DNA of 64,000 nucleotides, from assembly GCA_903827375.1 (NCBI GenBank), contig CAIKHZ010000040.1:470-64469 (forward strand). Reading direction: 5' to 3'. Both the position numbers and the translations under genes were made by a program. The notes under the pieces were generated by a model. The model saw only the letters and a program-made list of their open reading frames with translations. It was not told where the DNA came from and ran no database searches. Source of the stretch: Akkermansiaceae bacterium. Its GTDB lineage: Bacteria; Verrucomicrobiota; Verrucomicrobiia; Verrucomicrobiales; Akkermansiaceae. Below, in pieces: positions 7,440 through 17,111 of the stretch (the stretch's first letter is position 1; every line of letters begins with the position of its first letter).

Positions 7440-10400
7440 TCAGCGCATGAGCAGGGCGCGGCGCACCGAGATTTCCGGGTAATCGGCGGCGAGACGGTGC
7501 AACTCCGTTAGGCCAGCGCTGTCGGCGAGTTTGCCGGCGGCGATGGCGGCGGCGTAACGGGTATCGGTCGCATTTTCTAGGTTGGTGATGGTTTTGAGGA
7601 GGACCGGCCGTGCCCGCCCGTCACCGAGGCGCCCCAGGGCCCAAGCCACCTCGGCCCGCCAGCATGGGGTCAGGTCGTTGTGCAAGAACAACACGCCGGG
7701 GCCGAGGGGATCGGGGCGGCCACTGGCGGCTTCTGGCGGGGATTTCTCCAACAGTTCGACCAAGGTTTCCACCGAGTGGGGGTCGCCCAGATTGCCGAGT
7801 GTGCGAGCCAGGAAGAAAGCGACCCAATGGCGGGTTGGCAATTGGTTGACCACAGGAATACCGGTATCAAACACCCGCCGGATGTCCACGGGCTGGTTCC
7901 AATAGCGCAGCAATGCCGCCCGCAAGCGAGGCTCGTAAGCGCGATCGCGACACACAAGGGAAAGGATTTGTGCGGCGCGGTTGAGAGGGTCAGGGGTGCC
8001 GGCCCAAGCGCCGTGGACCGTTGCAATGGCCTTGGCGACGTCCGGTTGTTGGGTGGCCTGGGCATCGCCAAGGATGGCGAGGCAGGTATCGATCACGGCG
8101 TTGGTTTGGCCACTGCGGCGGATGACCCGGCCCACCAGGGTTTCGTAATCATCGTTGCCAGGCAAGAGAGCCCGGTCCGGATCGGTCGGCACCGAGCGAA
8201 TGAGTGCGGGCACAATAGTGACCGTGTTTGTGGTGCCCAGTGCGTCGAGCGCTTCAATGATATAGGCATGGACCGGCGACGAGTGGCAGGCGATCAGGGC
8301 ATCGTGATCCCCATACCAACGGGTGTAATCCGGGTAAGGCGGCAATTTGGCAAAGACATCGATCAAGGTCGCCACCGCCTCCGGCGTGCCAATGTGCCCC
8401 AGCGCCTCCACCGCCGCCTCAGCTAAAAACAAATTCGCGGTTTTCGGGTCCAAGTTCCGGCGAAGCGTCTCGGCAAGCAGCGGCACCGCTTCCACGTCAA
8501 CCAGCCAGCCAAGGGCACGCACTGCTGCTTGCAGCGTGCGCGGATTCACGTCAGCGGGCGAATTGAAGCGTGCGCTGTCGCCGCCGTGGCTGTTGTGCCA
8601 TTGTGGCAACGGATTATTCTCCCGTTCGTGCGTCACATACTCACGCAGGGCGCGGCAGCCAGCGGCAGCGCCGACGTGCCCCAGCGCCACTGCCGCCTTG
8701 CGGACGTCATCGCGATCCTTGCCCGCCAGGCGTTTGACCAATCCGGCTTCTAGCAAATCCCAAGGATTCGCCTGCAGCCAAGCTTGCCACGCATCGGCCT
8801 GACAAGTGCCCGCTTGCAACGAAGCAGGCGGCGGTGTCCCGGTTAGGTTTTCCAGAGCGATTGCCGCAGCGCTGGCGACCGGCGGGTCTGGGTCCCGCAA
8901 GGTCTCTATCAAGGGTGGGCAAGACTCGCGAGTGCCGCAAGCGGCGAGGGCGATGGCGGCGGCGACGCGCACTTCCCGGGGTTGGCCGTGGAGGCATTTT
9001 GCCAGGGCCGGGGCGGCACTGCGATTGCGGAACAGGCCGAGGCGCTGGATGGCACCAAGCTTGAGGGCGGCATCGGGCTGCTGCAAGCGGGCGATGAGGG
9101 AGGCGACTTCCTGATGGCCGGTGGCCGAGGGATCGGAGGTGTCGCTGTGGCGGTTGATCCCTGCGACTTGCCGGTAGCGATCGAACTGCAACTCCATCAT
9201 GCCAGTGACCGCCGCGTTGTTGCCGCGGAAAATTAGCGGGTCGCCCGTGCCTAGCAACGCCAGAGGCTTGACCCGCAACGCCTGCACGCTTTGCAAGGGC
9301 ACCGACGGGGCCAACTGCCGGGGTTGATGGCAGCCGACGCAACTGCGGGATTCTCCGGGGCGGACAAAGATCCAGGACATTTCATTGAGTTCGGAACGGC
9401 CTTCGCCATCGACCGCCTGAAAGGCAATCGGGGTGTCGGCGGGCACCTCCACGGCGAACGAACCGTCCGCCGCCAGCGGCACAGTACCCAACTCAGTGAC
9501 TTCACTCCCGGCGTGTACGATATACGAATGGGACGAGCGCAGGGTCAGGCCCTTGCTAGCGAGTACCCGGACGGCACGCACATGCGGCCAACCCGCTGTG
9601 GTATTCTTGGTGAAGCGCGCGTTTTGGCAAACCAAGACACCGGTGGGATGAGGAGCGGCGGCGACGAGCGGGTCCACATTGTCAGGCAGGAGCGGCGGGC
9701 GTTGGCGGGCACCCAGGAACACCGGCGAGTGCAACGGCGCATCCGGCGAATCAAAGATGACCACAGGCTTGGCATCAGCCTTGCTTGGATCGACGACCGC
9801 CAGGCGGTGATAACTCGTCGCCGGAACGCTCGAACCCGCCACACGGCCCCGCTTGCCAAATTTCGCCCGGCCCGGCAGACTGCACAACAGACGCCCGTCC
9901 GGCATCGCCGCCACATCACCGGCTGCCACTTGCAGGTGGAGCAACTCCCCGGTTCCCGATCCAGGGCGGCCCACCGCAATCCCAGATTCCGTTAGAAAGG
10001 CAACCCGTCCATCGGCCATCGGAGCCGGGCTGCCGCAGTTGAAGGCACGCAGGCGCTCGCCGTACTCCGGACCCAGATCCAAACCAAACTCAGTGACCCC
10101 CGCAGTGCCGTCCGGATGGATCGCGTGCAACAATGTCTCAACCTTGCCACGACCAAAAAAATTGTCAGAGCGAATAAACAGAATGCGGCCGTCGGCGAGC
10201 ACCTCGGGCTCATTGTCGAAGACGATGGTGTTCGTAAGGGCGGAGATGTTGCGGCCGTCGGCTTTCATGGTGAACAACGCCCGTGACGGCGGATTGTGAT
10301 ACTCCTCAAAGGTGCCGATACGCGTTGAGGTAAACACGATTCTGCCATCGGGCAATTCGCAGGGGTCAATGTCGTGAAACGGTCCGTCAGTTAGTTTTTG

Positions 10401-11399
10401 TGGCACACCGCCCGCGGCACTCAGTTTATAGATATGGAAAAACCCCTCGCCGGCGGGGGCCATGGATAGATAGATCCAACGACCGTCGAACGAGACGGAA
10501 GGCGAGCCAAGCGCCCCGCGGCCGGCGTCGAGCAGCGGTAGCGGCGCCGTTCCCGGCTTGGCGGGTTGCAAGAGATAGAGTTTGTGGCCGACCTTCATCG
10601 GAGAGGGCAGGTCGTGCTCGGGAAACGCCCGGGAATCGCGCGGATTAAACACGGTCACCGACAGGCTGTCGTAGCTGTTGCCGGTGCCTCCCGTCGGCCG
10701 GTAAAGACTGCAATCATCCCCCACAAAGGCCACCGCCTCAGGCCAAACAAAGTCGGCCGGAGGCGCGGGTTCACCACCTCGCTCCCGGTTGCCGGCAGGC
10801 TCCAGTGGCGCATGAAACGCAAACTTGCCCCAAGGTGGCGCTCCGACGGCCCCCAAGCTGATAGACACCGCCCACGCTTGGTCATTGAGCGCTGGCTGCT
10901 GCCAGTTAGGCGGCTCCTCAGTGGCACATTTCCAGGTTGGGTTTGTTAGCAGCTCGGCAGTTCCACCGTCCATCAACTCGACGACGAGCCGCACCAGCAG
11001 ACCGGCTGGTCCCGGTGCGGTGTTGACCGCCTCGATGGCGATGACATTGTGGCCGGCCGCCAGCAGAGGGGCGACGTCTAGCCGCTTGGGCCGGTTCCAG
11101 GCATTGGGATCCGCTTCGCTCTCGACGACATACTGGCCATTGAGAAAGACGGTGTAGAGGTTGTCCGCTGTGATGAGCAACTGCGCAGAACGAATCTGCG
11201 CCTTCTCAGACACGGTCACGCTGCTGCGAAACCATGCCGAGCCAGCTGGCTGATTCAAGGCCGTGGCCCCTGCCGGAGGTGGGGACCAAATCCACTCCGC
11301 AGCACCAAAATCCACCACCTCACCCCGCGCTCCGGCCCCCAAGGCAAGCGATATCAAAACTGATGTTAGGAGAATCGATGATCGTATGTAGCCACGCAT
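7440..11399 (-). CDS. Large exported protein: jelly-roll (rhamnosidase-N-like) domain + beta-propeller + HzsA-middle-like domain with CxxCH + HEAT repeats
   Basis: Signal peptide from ATG 11399. AEWIW..ITADNLYTVFLNG; propeller repeats (PSVSFDG, DIDPCELPDGRIVFTSTR); GSFAVEVPADTPIAFQAVDGEG..PGESRSCVGCH; repeated A-A-x-ALG HEAT motifs. Confidence 0.75.
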   Translation of the reverse strand: MRGYIRSSILLTSVLISLALGAGARGEVVDFGAAEWIWSPPPAGATALNQPAGSAWFRSSVTVSEKAQIRSAQLLITADNLYTVFLNGQYVVESEADPNAWNRPKRLDVAPLLAAGHNVIAIEAVNTAPGPAGLLVRLVVELMDGGTAELLTNPTWKCATEEPPNWQQPALNDQAWAVSISLGAVGAPPWGKFAFHAPLEPAGNRERGGEPAPPADFVWPEAVAFVGDDCSLYRPTGGTGNSYDSLSVTVFNPRDSRAFPEHDLPSPMKVGHKLYLLQPAKPGTAPLPLLDAGRGALGSPSVSFDGRWIYLSMAPAGEGFFHIYKLSAAGGVPQKLTDGPFHDIDPCELPDGRIVFTSTRIGTFEEYHNPPSRALFTMKADGRNISALTNTIVFDNEPEVLADGRILFIRSDNFFGRGKVETLLHAIHPDGTAGVTEFGLDLGPEYGERLRAFNCGSPAPMADGRVAFLTESGIAVGRPGSGTGELLHLQVAAGDVAAMPDGRLLCSLPGRAKFGKRGRVAGSSVPATSYHRLAVVDPSKADAKPVVIFDSPDAPLHSPVFLGARQRPPLLPDNVDPLVAAAPHPTGVLVCQNARFTKNTTAGWPHVRAVRVLASKGLTLRSSHSYIVHAGSEVTELGTVPLAADGSFAVEVPADTPIAFQAVDGEGRSELNEMSWIFVRPGESRSCVGCHQPRQLAPSVPLQSVQALRVKPLALLGTGDPLIFRGNNAAVTGMMELQFDRYRQVAGINRHSDTSDPSATGHQEVASLIARLQQPDAALKLGAIQRLGLFRNRSAAPALAKCLHGQPREVRVAAAIALAACGTRESCPPLIETLRDPDPPVASAAAIALENLTGTPPPASLQAGTCQADAWQAWLQANPWDLLEAGLVKRLAGKDRDDVRKAAVALGHVGAAAGCRALREYVTHERENNPLPQWHNSHGGDSARFNSPADVNPRTLQAAVRALGWLVDVEAVPLLAETLRRNLDPKTANLFLAEAAVEALGHIGTPEAVATLIDVFAKLPPYPDYTRWYGDHDALIACHSSPVHAYIIEALDALGTTNTVTIVPALIRSVPTDPDRALLPGNDDYETLVGRVIRRSGQTNAVIDTCLAILGDAQATQQPDVAKAIATVHGAWAGTPDPLNRAAQILSLVCRDRAYEPRLRAALLRYWNQPVDIRRVFDTGIPVVNQLPTRHWVAFFLARTLGNLGDPHSVETLVELLEKSPPEAASGRPDPLGPGVLFLHNDLTPCWRAEVAWALGRLGDGRARPVLLKTITNLENATDTRYAAAIAAGKLADSAGLTELHRLAADYPEISVRRALLMR

Positions 11400-11577
11400 A
11401 TGTATAGGTGTGTTAGAATCTGGAGCGCCCGGTTTGGGCTCACGTCCATCCGTTAAACGGCTCGAATCGGCCGGATCCATCAACTAATTTTGCAGGGGCT
11501 TGCGGGTGGACCGACCCTTGCCAAATGTTTAGTTCAGGAGTTCTGAGCAACAGGCAATGGTCCCCGGCCACCCATCC

Positions 11578-12144
11578 TTACTGCATCGCGAAGAGGGATT
11601 TCTTAAGTTCGAGGACGTTGAGTGGCGGCACGTTAAACAAACAACGCTCGCTGCGCTTGAGGTCAAAGAGCTCGTGCTCGCAAAGTTGCAGAGAAAATTG
11701 ATAGGTGATGAATACGCTCTCCGGTCCCATGGCACGGGCGATGCTGGCGAGCAATTGTTCTCGCAACTGGCGCTCCATGATGGTGAAGGGAATGCCCGAA
11801 ACAATGTAATCGGGCTCGCTGCAGCTGTGCCGTTCCAGCGTCTCAGGCAGGTGCAGCGCATCCCCATGCACCACCGTCACCCGGGCGTCCCCGGAAAATT
11901 GCTTCATCAAATGCTCAACAAAATGTTCGTCCAACTCGACGAGAATAAGCTTGGAGGCCGGGCCCATCCGGCGGGCGATTTGCCGGGTGTGGCATCCTTC
12001 ACCCGGCCCGAGTTCGACGACCACCCGGGGCTGAGAAAAATCCATGCGCTTGGCCGTCTTGCGGGTCAAAAACGGCGAACTCGGCACGAGGTAGCCCACC
12101 TGGATGGGGTTGGCCAGCAATCGTTTGAAAAACAGGAGACTCAT
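11578..12144 (-). CDS. Class I SAM-dependent methyltransferase, phospholipid N-methyltransferase (PmtA/OlsG)-like
   Basis: From ATG 12144: GYLVPSSPFL, VVELGPGEG, VVHGDA, YIVSGIPF and FITYQFS. The ORF-track extension to 12840 is antisense to hisC. Confidence 0.8.
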   Translation of the reverse strand: MSLLFFKRLLANPIQVGYLVPSSPFLTRKTAKRMDFSQPRVVVELGPGEGCHTRQIARRMGPASKLILVELDEHFVEHLMKQFSGDARVTVVHGDALHLPETLERHSCSEPDYIVSGIPFTIMERQLREQLLASIARAMGPESVFITYQFSLQLCEHELFDLKRSERCLFNVPPLNVLELKKSLFAMQ

Positions 12145-12273
12145 GGGGATGTGCTGCCAAAGGATAGCGGGCTGAGCTGGGTGGTCGAGAAATAGTTCAG
12201 ATTTCTTCGCAATTTCCTTCAAGCATCTGCTAGCATTGACACGTGAGATAGGGCCACTAGGGTGGGTCCGGAA

Positions 12274-13377
12274 ATGACCATTGATCACTACGCCAACCGC
12301 TTTGTGTGCGATCTCGTGGCTTACGAGCCAGGAAAACCAATCGACGAAACCGCCCGCGAATTGGGCCTCAATCCCGCCGACATCGTCAAGGTGGCATCCA
12401 ATGAAAACCCGCTTGGGCCCTCGCCGAAGGCGAAGCTGGCGATGGCGGCAGCGCTCGACGAGGCGCACATTTACCCGGACGGGGCGGGCTATCGGCTGCG
12501 CCATGCGATTGCGCAGGGGCTGGATTTGGAGCTTGAGCAGGTGGTGCTGGGCAATGGAAGCAACGAGATCATTGAATTGCTTTGCCACACATTTTTGAAC
12601 CGGGAGGCGGAGTTGATTGCGGCGGAGCACGCCTTCGTGGTGTACAAGCTGATGGCAACCCTGTTCGGCGCGACCTACGTGGAGGTGGCAGACCCGGGGT
12701 TCGTTCACGATTTGGAGGCAATGGCCGATGCCATCACGCCCCTCACCCGCCTGCTGTTCATTGCCAACCCGAATAATCCAACCGGCACGATGGTGGGCCA
12801 GGCGGCCATCGACCGCTTCATGGAACGGGTTCCCGAGCACGTGGTCGTGGTGTTTGACGAGGCTTATTTTGAATTTCTCGATGTGCCGCTAGACACCTTG
12901 AAGTACGTCCGTGAAGGCCGCAACATCTGTGTGCTGCGCACCTGCTCGAAGATCCACGGCCTCGCCGCCTTGCGCGTCGGCTACGCCCTCGCCTCAAAAC
13001 CTGTCGCCGCCTTGCTGCAAAAGGCCCGCCAGCCATTCAATGTCAACGCCATCGGCCAGGCCGGCGCACTCGCCGCGCTGGCCGACACCGAGCACATCGA
13101 ACGCACCCGGGCCGTGAATCGCGAAGGGCTTGCGTTCTATCAGGCGGCGCTGGATGCCCGAGCCATTCAGTACGTGCCAAGCGTGGCGAATTTCCTGCTC
13201 ATCGAGGTAGGCGACGGCGACCGGGTGTTTCGTGAGATGCTCCAGCAAGGGGTGATTGTGCGGGCCATGCGCAGCTACAAACTCCCGGGTTGGATCCGCA
13301 TTTCCATGGGCACCCCTGCGCAGAATGCCCGCTGCCTGGCGGTGTTGGACGCGGTGCTCGCCAGCCCCTCCGCCTGA
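12274..13377 (+). CDS. hisC: Histidinol-phosphate aminotransferase
   Basis: YEPGKPI, KVASNENPLG, GNGSNEII, NPNNPTG, DEAYFEF, and RTCSKIHGLAALRVGY with the PLP lysine. Confidence 0.95.
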   Translation: MTIDHYANRFVCDLVAYEPGKPIDETARELGLNPADIVKVASNENPLGPSPKAKLAMAAALDEAHIYPDGAGYRLRHAIAQGLDLELEQVVLGNGSNEIIELLCHTFLNREAELIAAEHAFVVYKLMATLFGATYVEVADPGFVHDLEAMADAITPLTRLLFIANPNNPTGTMVGQAAIDRFMERVPEHVVVVFDEAYFEFLDVPLDTLKYVREGRNICVLRTCSKIHGLAALRVGYALASKPVAALLQKARQPFNVNAIGQAGALAALADTEHIERTRAVNREGLAFYQAALDARAIQYVPSVANFLLIEVGDGDRVFREMLQQGVIVRAMRSYKLPGWIRISMGTPAQNARCLAVLDAVLASPSA

Positions 13378-13385
13378 CACCCAGA

Positions 13386-14750
13386 ATGCATCCTCACGCC
13401 AGCCAGCCCGGAAGCCCCACCACCATCGCGGCAGTCGCCACGGCATCGGGTGTCGGCGCGGTTTCCTTGGTGCGGCTTTCAGGGCCTGAGTCGCTCGCGG
13501 TGGCTGATCTGGCCACCGGTGGGCGGGCCTCTGGGATGAGGCCGCGCGCTTCCCATTATTGCCGGATACTGGATGACGCGGGTGAGGTATTGGATGACGG
13601 TCTGATGGTGGTTTTCCGTTCGCCTAACAGTTTTACTGGGGAGGACTCTGTCGAGTTCAGCGGGCACGGCGGGATGCTGATAACCCGCGAAGTGCTGGCC
13701 CGTCTCCTCGCCTGTGGGGCGCTACCGGCAGGACCGGGCGAATTCACCCAGCGGGCGTTTCTCAATGGCAAGCTGGAATTAACCCAGGCGGAAGGGGTGA
13801 TGGACCTCATTTCAGCACAAACCCGCCTCGCCCTGCGTGCGGCACGAAGCCAACTCGAGGGCGTCCTTGGCCGCCGCACCACTGCGGCCCGCGATGAAGT
13901 GCTCGCCACCCTCGCCCATCTCGAAGCTTGGATCGACTTTCCCGACGAGGATATCCTGCCCGACACCGGCGTGAGCCTGCGGAATGGCGTCTCCTCCGTC
14001 ATCGCCACTCTCGACGCCTTGCTGGCCACCGCCGATCAGGGCCGACTCCTGCGCGAAGGTGCCCGGACCGTCATTTTCGGCCCCCCCAACGTCGGCAAGT
14101 CCAGCCTGCTCAACCGCCTGCTCGGCTTCGAGCGTGCCATCGTTAGCGAGACGGCTGGCACGACCCGCGACACCATCGAGGAATCCATCAGCCTCCATGG
14201 TATTCCGCTGCGCATCATCGATACCGCCGGCCTGCGCCAGGCCGGTGATCACCTCGAAGCCGCCGGCATCCAACGCACCCAACGCCAGCTCGAAACTGCA
14301 GATCTCTTGCTGGAATTGGCCGACGCCAGTCTGCCGAGGCCACCCGCCATGGCGCGGATTTCGACCGAGACCACCCGCCTGCTGCTGCTCAACAAGAGTG
14401 ATCTGGGCGAGCACGCGTCATGGCATGGGGTGCAGGCACTGCGATTATCCTGCACCAACGGCTCAGGTTTCGAAGACCTCTCTCTGGCCATCCGCGACGC
14501 ACTGCATTTCAATAAATCTGAGTGGGGCGATCATGCCATCGCCATCAACACCCGCCATCAGGCGTGCCTGCAGGCAGCCCGCCGCGCCCTGCTCGCCGCC
14601 CTCGAGCTGCTGGATGATCCGTCCACTGACGCCGAGCTCGCGGCCATCGACCTCCGAGAAGCCCTCGAGGCGCTCGGAGAAATCTCCGGCCGAGTCGATA
14701 CCGAAGATTTGCTAGGCGAGATTTTCAGCCGTTTCTGCATCGGCAAGTAA
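13386..14750 (+). CDS. mnmE: tRNA modification GTPase MnmE/TrmE
   Basis: TIAAVAT, SFTGEDSVEFSGHGG, GEFTQRAFLNGK, GPPNVGKSSLLN, GTTRD, DTAG, NKSD, and C-terminal IFSRFCIGK. Confidence 0.95.
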   Translation: MHPHASQPGSPTTIAAVATASGVGAVSLVRLSGPESLAVADLATGGRASGMRPRASHYCRILDDAGEVLDDGLMVVFRSPNSFTGEDSVEFSGHGGMLITREVLARLLACGALPAGPGEFTQRAFLNGKLELTQAEGVMDLISAQTRLALRAARSQLEGVLGRRTTAARDEVLATLAHLEAWIDFPDEDILPDTGVSLRNGVSSVIATLDALLATADQGRLLREGARTVIFGPPNVGKSSLLNRLLGFERAIVSETAGTTRDTIEESISLHGIPLRIIDTAGLRQAGDHLEAAGIQRTQRQLETADLLLELADASLPRPPAMARISTETTRLLLLNKSDLGEHASWHGVQALRLSCTNGSGFEDLSLAIRDALHFNKSEWGDHAIAINTRHQACLQAARRALLAALELLDDPSTDAELAAIDLREALEALGEISGRVDTEDLLGEIFSRFCIGK

Positions 14751-14885
14751 GTGGCAGCGATGGCTTCGCCCCAAACCTCCGTTGCACAAGATGTCAGATA
14801 TTCTTTGCGAGACTCTGGAGATGGATTTGATGCATCCCCAGTGTCTTCGGGCTGTCGCCTGCGGCTTGCGAAAAAAAAAGCCTGC

Positions 14886-15209
14886 TCAGGGCGGCGGGGT
14901 TGCCGGCGCGTCGGGCACGGGCACGACGATCGGCTTCTTGGCTTCAACGGCTTCGGCTGCAGCAGCTTTCTTGGCGGCTTGCTCGGCTTTGCGCTTGGCG
15001 GCGTCTGCCTTCTGGGCGGCGGTGGCGGCGGCTTCGGCGGCCACCCGCTCCTTCTCTGCTGCAGCTGCTGCGGCCTTCTTCTTGACTTCGGCCTCTTTTT
15101 GGAATTCCGCGTTCATGCGGTCGGCTTCCGCTTGAGCACTTTTTTGACTATCGCAGGAGGCGAACACCAGCGGCATCACGAGTAGGGGAATCCAGAACTT
15201 GATTTTCAT
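14886..15209 (-). CDS. Ala/Lys-rich helical lipoprotein
   Basis: Lipobox VFAS-C after a hydrophobic core; A/K/E-rich helix; Pro-rich tail. Confidence 0.75.
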   Translation of the reverse strand: MKIKFWIPLLVMPLVFASCDSQKSAQAEADRMNAEFQKEAEVKKKAAAAAAEKERVAAEAAATAAQKADAAKRKAEQAAKKAAAAEAVEAKKPIVVPVPDAPATPPP

Positions 15210-15428
15210 GGGTCAGGTTGTCGGGGTTTCGCACTTGGGTGGATACCCCAAGCGCGGGACCTTGAATGACAGACCGGGCTCGGGTTGTCAAGGATTTGCC
15301 GCTGAATTGCTGAAACCCCTCGCCGCCACCCGGACCCACTCACTGCCATCAAGCGCCAGCCGCCTTGTGCGTTTGGCCTTGCCCGGCGGGACGCGCGACG
15401 CTAGACCCGGCCTGCCGCCGCAGCCTGT

Positions 15429-17090
15429 TTGTTCATGTCGCTTTCCCCATACGCCAGTCCCGTCCCCGCGTTGCACCGCGAGGTGAAACGTCGCCGCTCG
15501 TTTGCCATCATCTCCCACCCGGATGCGGGCAAGACGACGCTCACCGAGAAATTCCTGCTCTATGGCGGGGCGCTGACGCTGGCCGGCAGCGTCACGGCCC
15601 GCAAGAATCAACGGGCGACCACCTCGGACTGGATGGAGTTGGAAAAGCAGCGGGGCATCTCGGTGAGTTCCACGGTGCTTCAATTTGAATACAACGATTG
15701 CGTGGTGAACATTCTGGACACCCCTGGCCACAAGGACTTTTCGGAAGATACCTACCGCGTGCTCACCGCCGTGGACGCTGCGGTGATGGTGGTGGATGCC
15801 GGCAAGGGCATCGAAAGCCAAACCCGAAAACTCTTCGAAGTGTGCCGCCGCCGTGGCGTGCCCATCTTCACTTTCATGAATAAACTCGACCGCCCGGCCC
15901 GGCCCTCGCTCGATTTGCTGGATGAGTTGGAGTCGGTCCTCGGCATTCACGCCTTCCCGCTCAATTGGCCGTTAGGCGATGGCCCGCGTTTCCGAGGGGT
16001 CTACGACCGCGAGCACAAGCAGGTGCATTTGTTCGAGCGAACCGTCCACGGTGCCTACCGGGCTCCGGTGAGCGTGAAGGGAATCGAGGATCCGGCGGTC
16101 AAGGATGCGATGGAAGAGGCCACCTACCGCCAGGTCTGCGACGAACTCGAGTTGTTGGAAGGGGCCGGTGCGGACTTTGACATCGCAGCGGTGCTCGCCG
16201 GGAAGCTCACTCCTGTGTTTTTCGGCAGTGCGGCTAACAATTTTGGCGTGCAGTTGCTGTTGGACCGGTTCCTAGCGCTGGCTCCGCCGCCCTTGCCGCG
16301 CACCAGCGGGGGCGGCCAGCGCATTGATCCGGCGGCGGCGGGATTCTCCGCGTTCGTGTTCAAGATTCAAGCCAACATGAATCCAAAACACCGCGACCGG
16401 GTTGCCTTCATCCGCATCGTTTCCGGCAAATTCGAGCGCGACATGAATGTGCTCAACACCCGCAGCGGAGAACGGGTGCGCCTGGCCAATTCCCAGCGTT
16501 TGTTTGCCCGCGACCGCGAAACCGTGGACGACGCGTTCGCCGGCGACGTCGTCGGCTTGGTCGGAAACTACGATCTGCTCATCGGCGACACCCTGGCGTC
16601 ATCCCCGGAGGTGGCGTTTGACGAGATACCTCGCTTCGCTCCCGAGTGCTTCGCCTATCTCCACAACAAGAGCACCGCCAAATACAAACGCTTCCGCGAT
16701 GGCCTCCAACAATTGCTCAAGGAGGGCGTGGCCAGCGAATTTCAATTGCTGGATTCAGGCGGTGCCCAGGCACCATTGTTGGGCGCGGTGGGCCCTCTCC
16801 AATTTGAAGTGCTCCAATACCGCCTCGAGGGCGAGTATGCTGCCGAAACCCGCCTGGAAAATGCCACTTGGTCCATCGCCCGCTGGCTGCGGCCGCTCGA
16901 AGGAGACCCACTTGCCCCCGAGGCGCGGCCCGGACTATCGCTTGGCAGCGTGCTGGCCCGCGATTCCAATGGTTGGTTGGTGGCCTTGTTGCCAAGCGAA
17001 TGGGCGGTAAAAACCTTCACCGACAAAAACGATGACTGGCTCGTTTCCGAGCAGCCCTTTGCGCCCCCGCCGGGAATGAGCAAGGGGTAA
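15429..17090 (+). CDS. prfC: Peptide chain release factor 3
   Basis: RRSFAIISHPDAGKTTLTEK, DWMELEKQRGIS, DTPGHKDFSEDTYR, NKLDR, VFKIQANMNPKHRDR and GAVGPLQFEV. Confidence 0.95.
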   Translation: MFMSLSPYASPVPALHREVKRRRSFAIISHPDAGKTTLTEKFLLYGGALTLAGSVTARKNQRATTSDWMELEKQRGISVSSTVLQFEYNDCVVNILDTPGHKDFSEDTYRVLTAVDAAVMVVDAGKGIESQTRKLFEVCRRRGVPIFTFMNKLDRPARPSLDLLDELESVLGIHAFPLNWPLGDGPRFRGVYDREHKQVHLFERTVHGAYRAPVSVKGIEDPAVKDAMEEATYRQVCDELELLEGAGADFDIAAVLAGKLTPVFFGSAANNFGVQLLLDRFLALAPPPLPRTSGGGQRIDPAAAGFSAFVFKIQANMNPKHRDRVAFIRIVSGKFERDMNVLNTRSGERVRLANSQRLFARDRETVDDAFAGDVVGLVGNYDLLIGDTLASSPEVAFDEIPRFAPECFAYLHNKSTAKYKRFRDGLQQLLKEGVASEFQLLDSGGAQAPLLGAVGPLQFEVLQYRLEGEYAAETRLENATWSIARWLRPLEGDPLAPEARPGLSLGSVLARDSNGWLVALLPSEWAVKTFTDKNDDWLVSEQPFAPPPGMSKG

Positions 17091-17111
17091 TTCTTCAATG
17101 CCTATCCCACT

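Noticed and set aside
12145-12840. N-terminal 232-aa extension of the methyltransferase ORF
   Set aside because: It is antisense to hisC; the methyltransferase motifs begin at ATG 12144.
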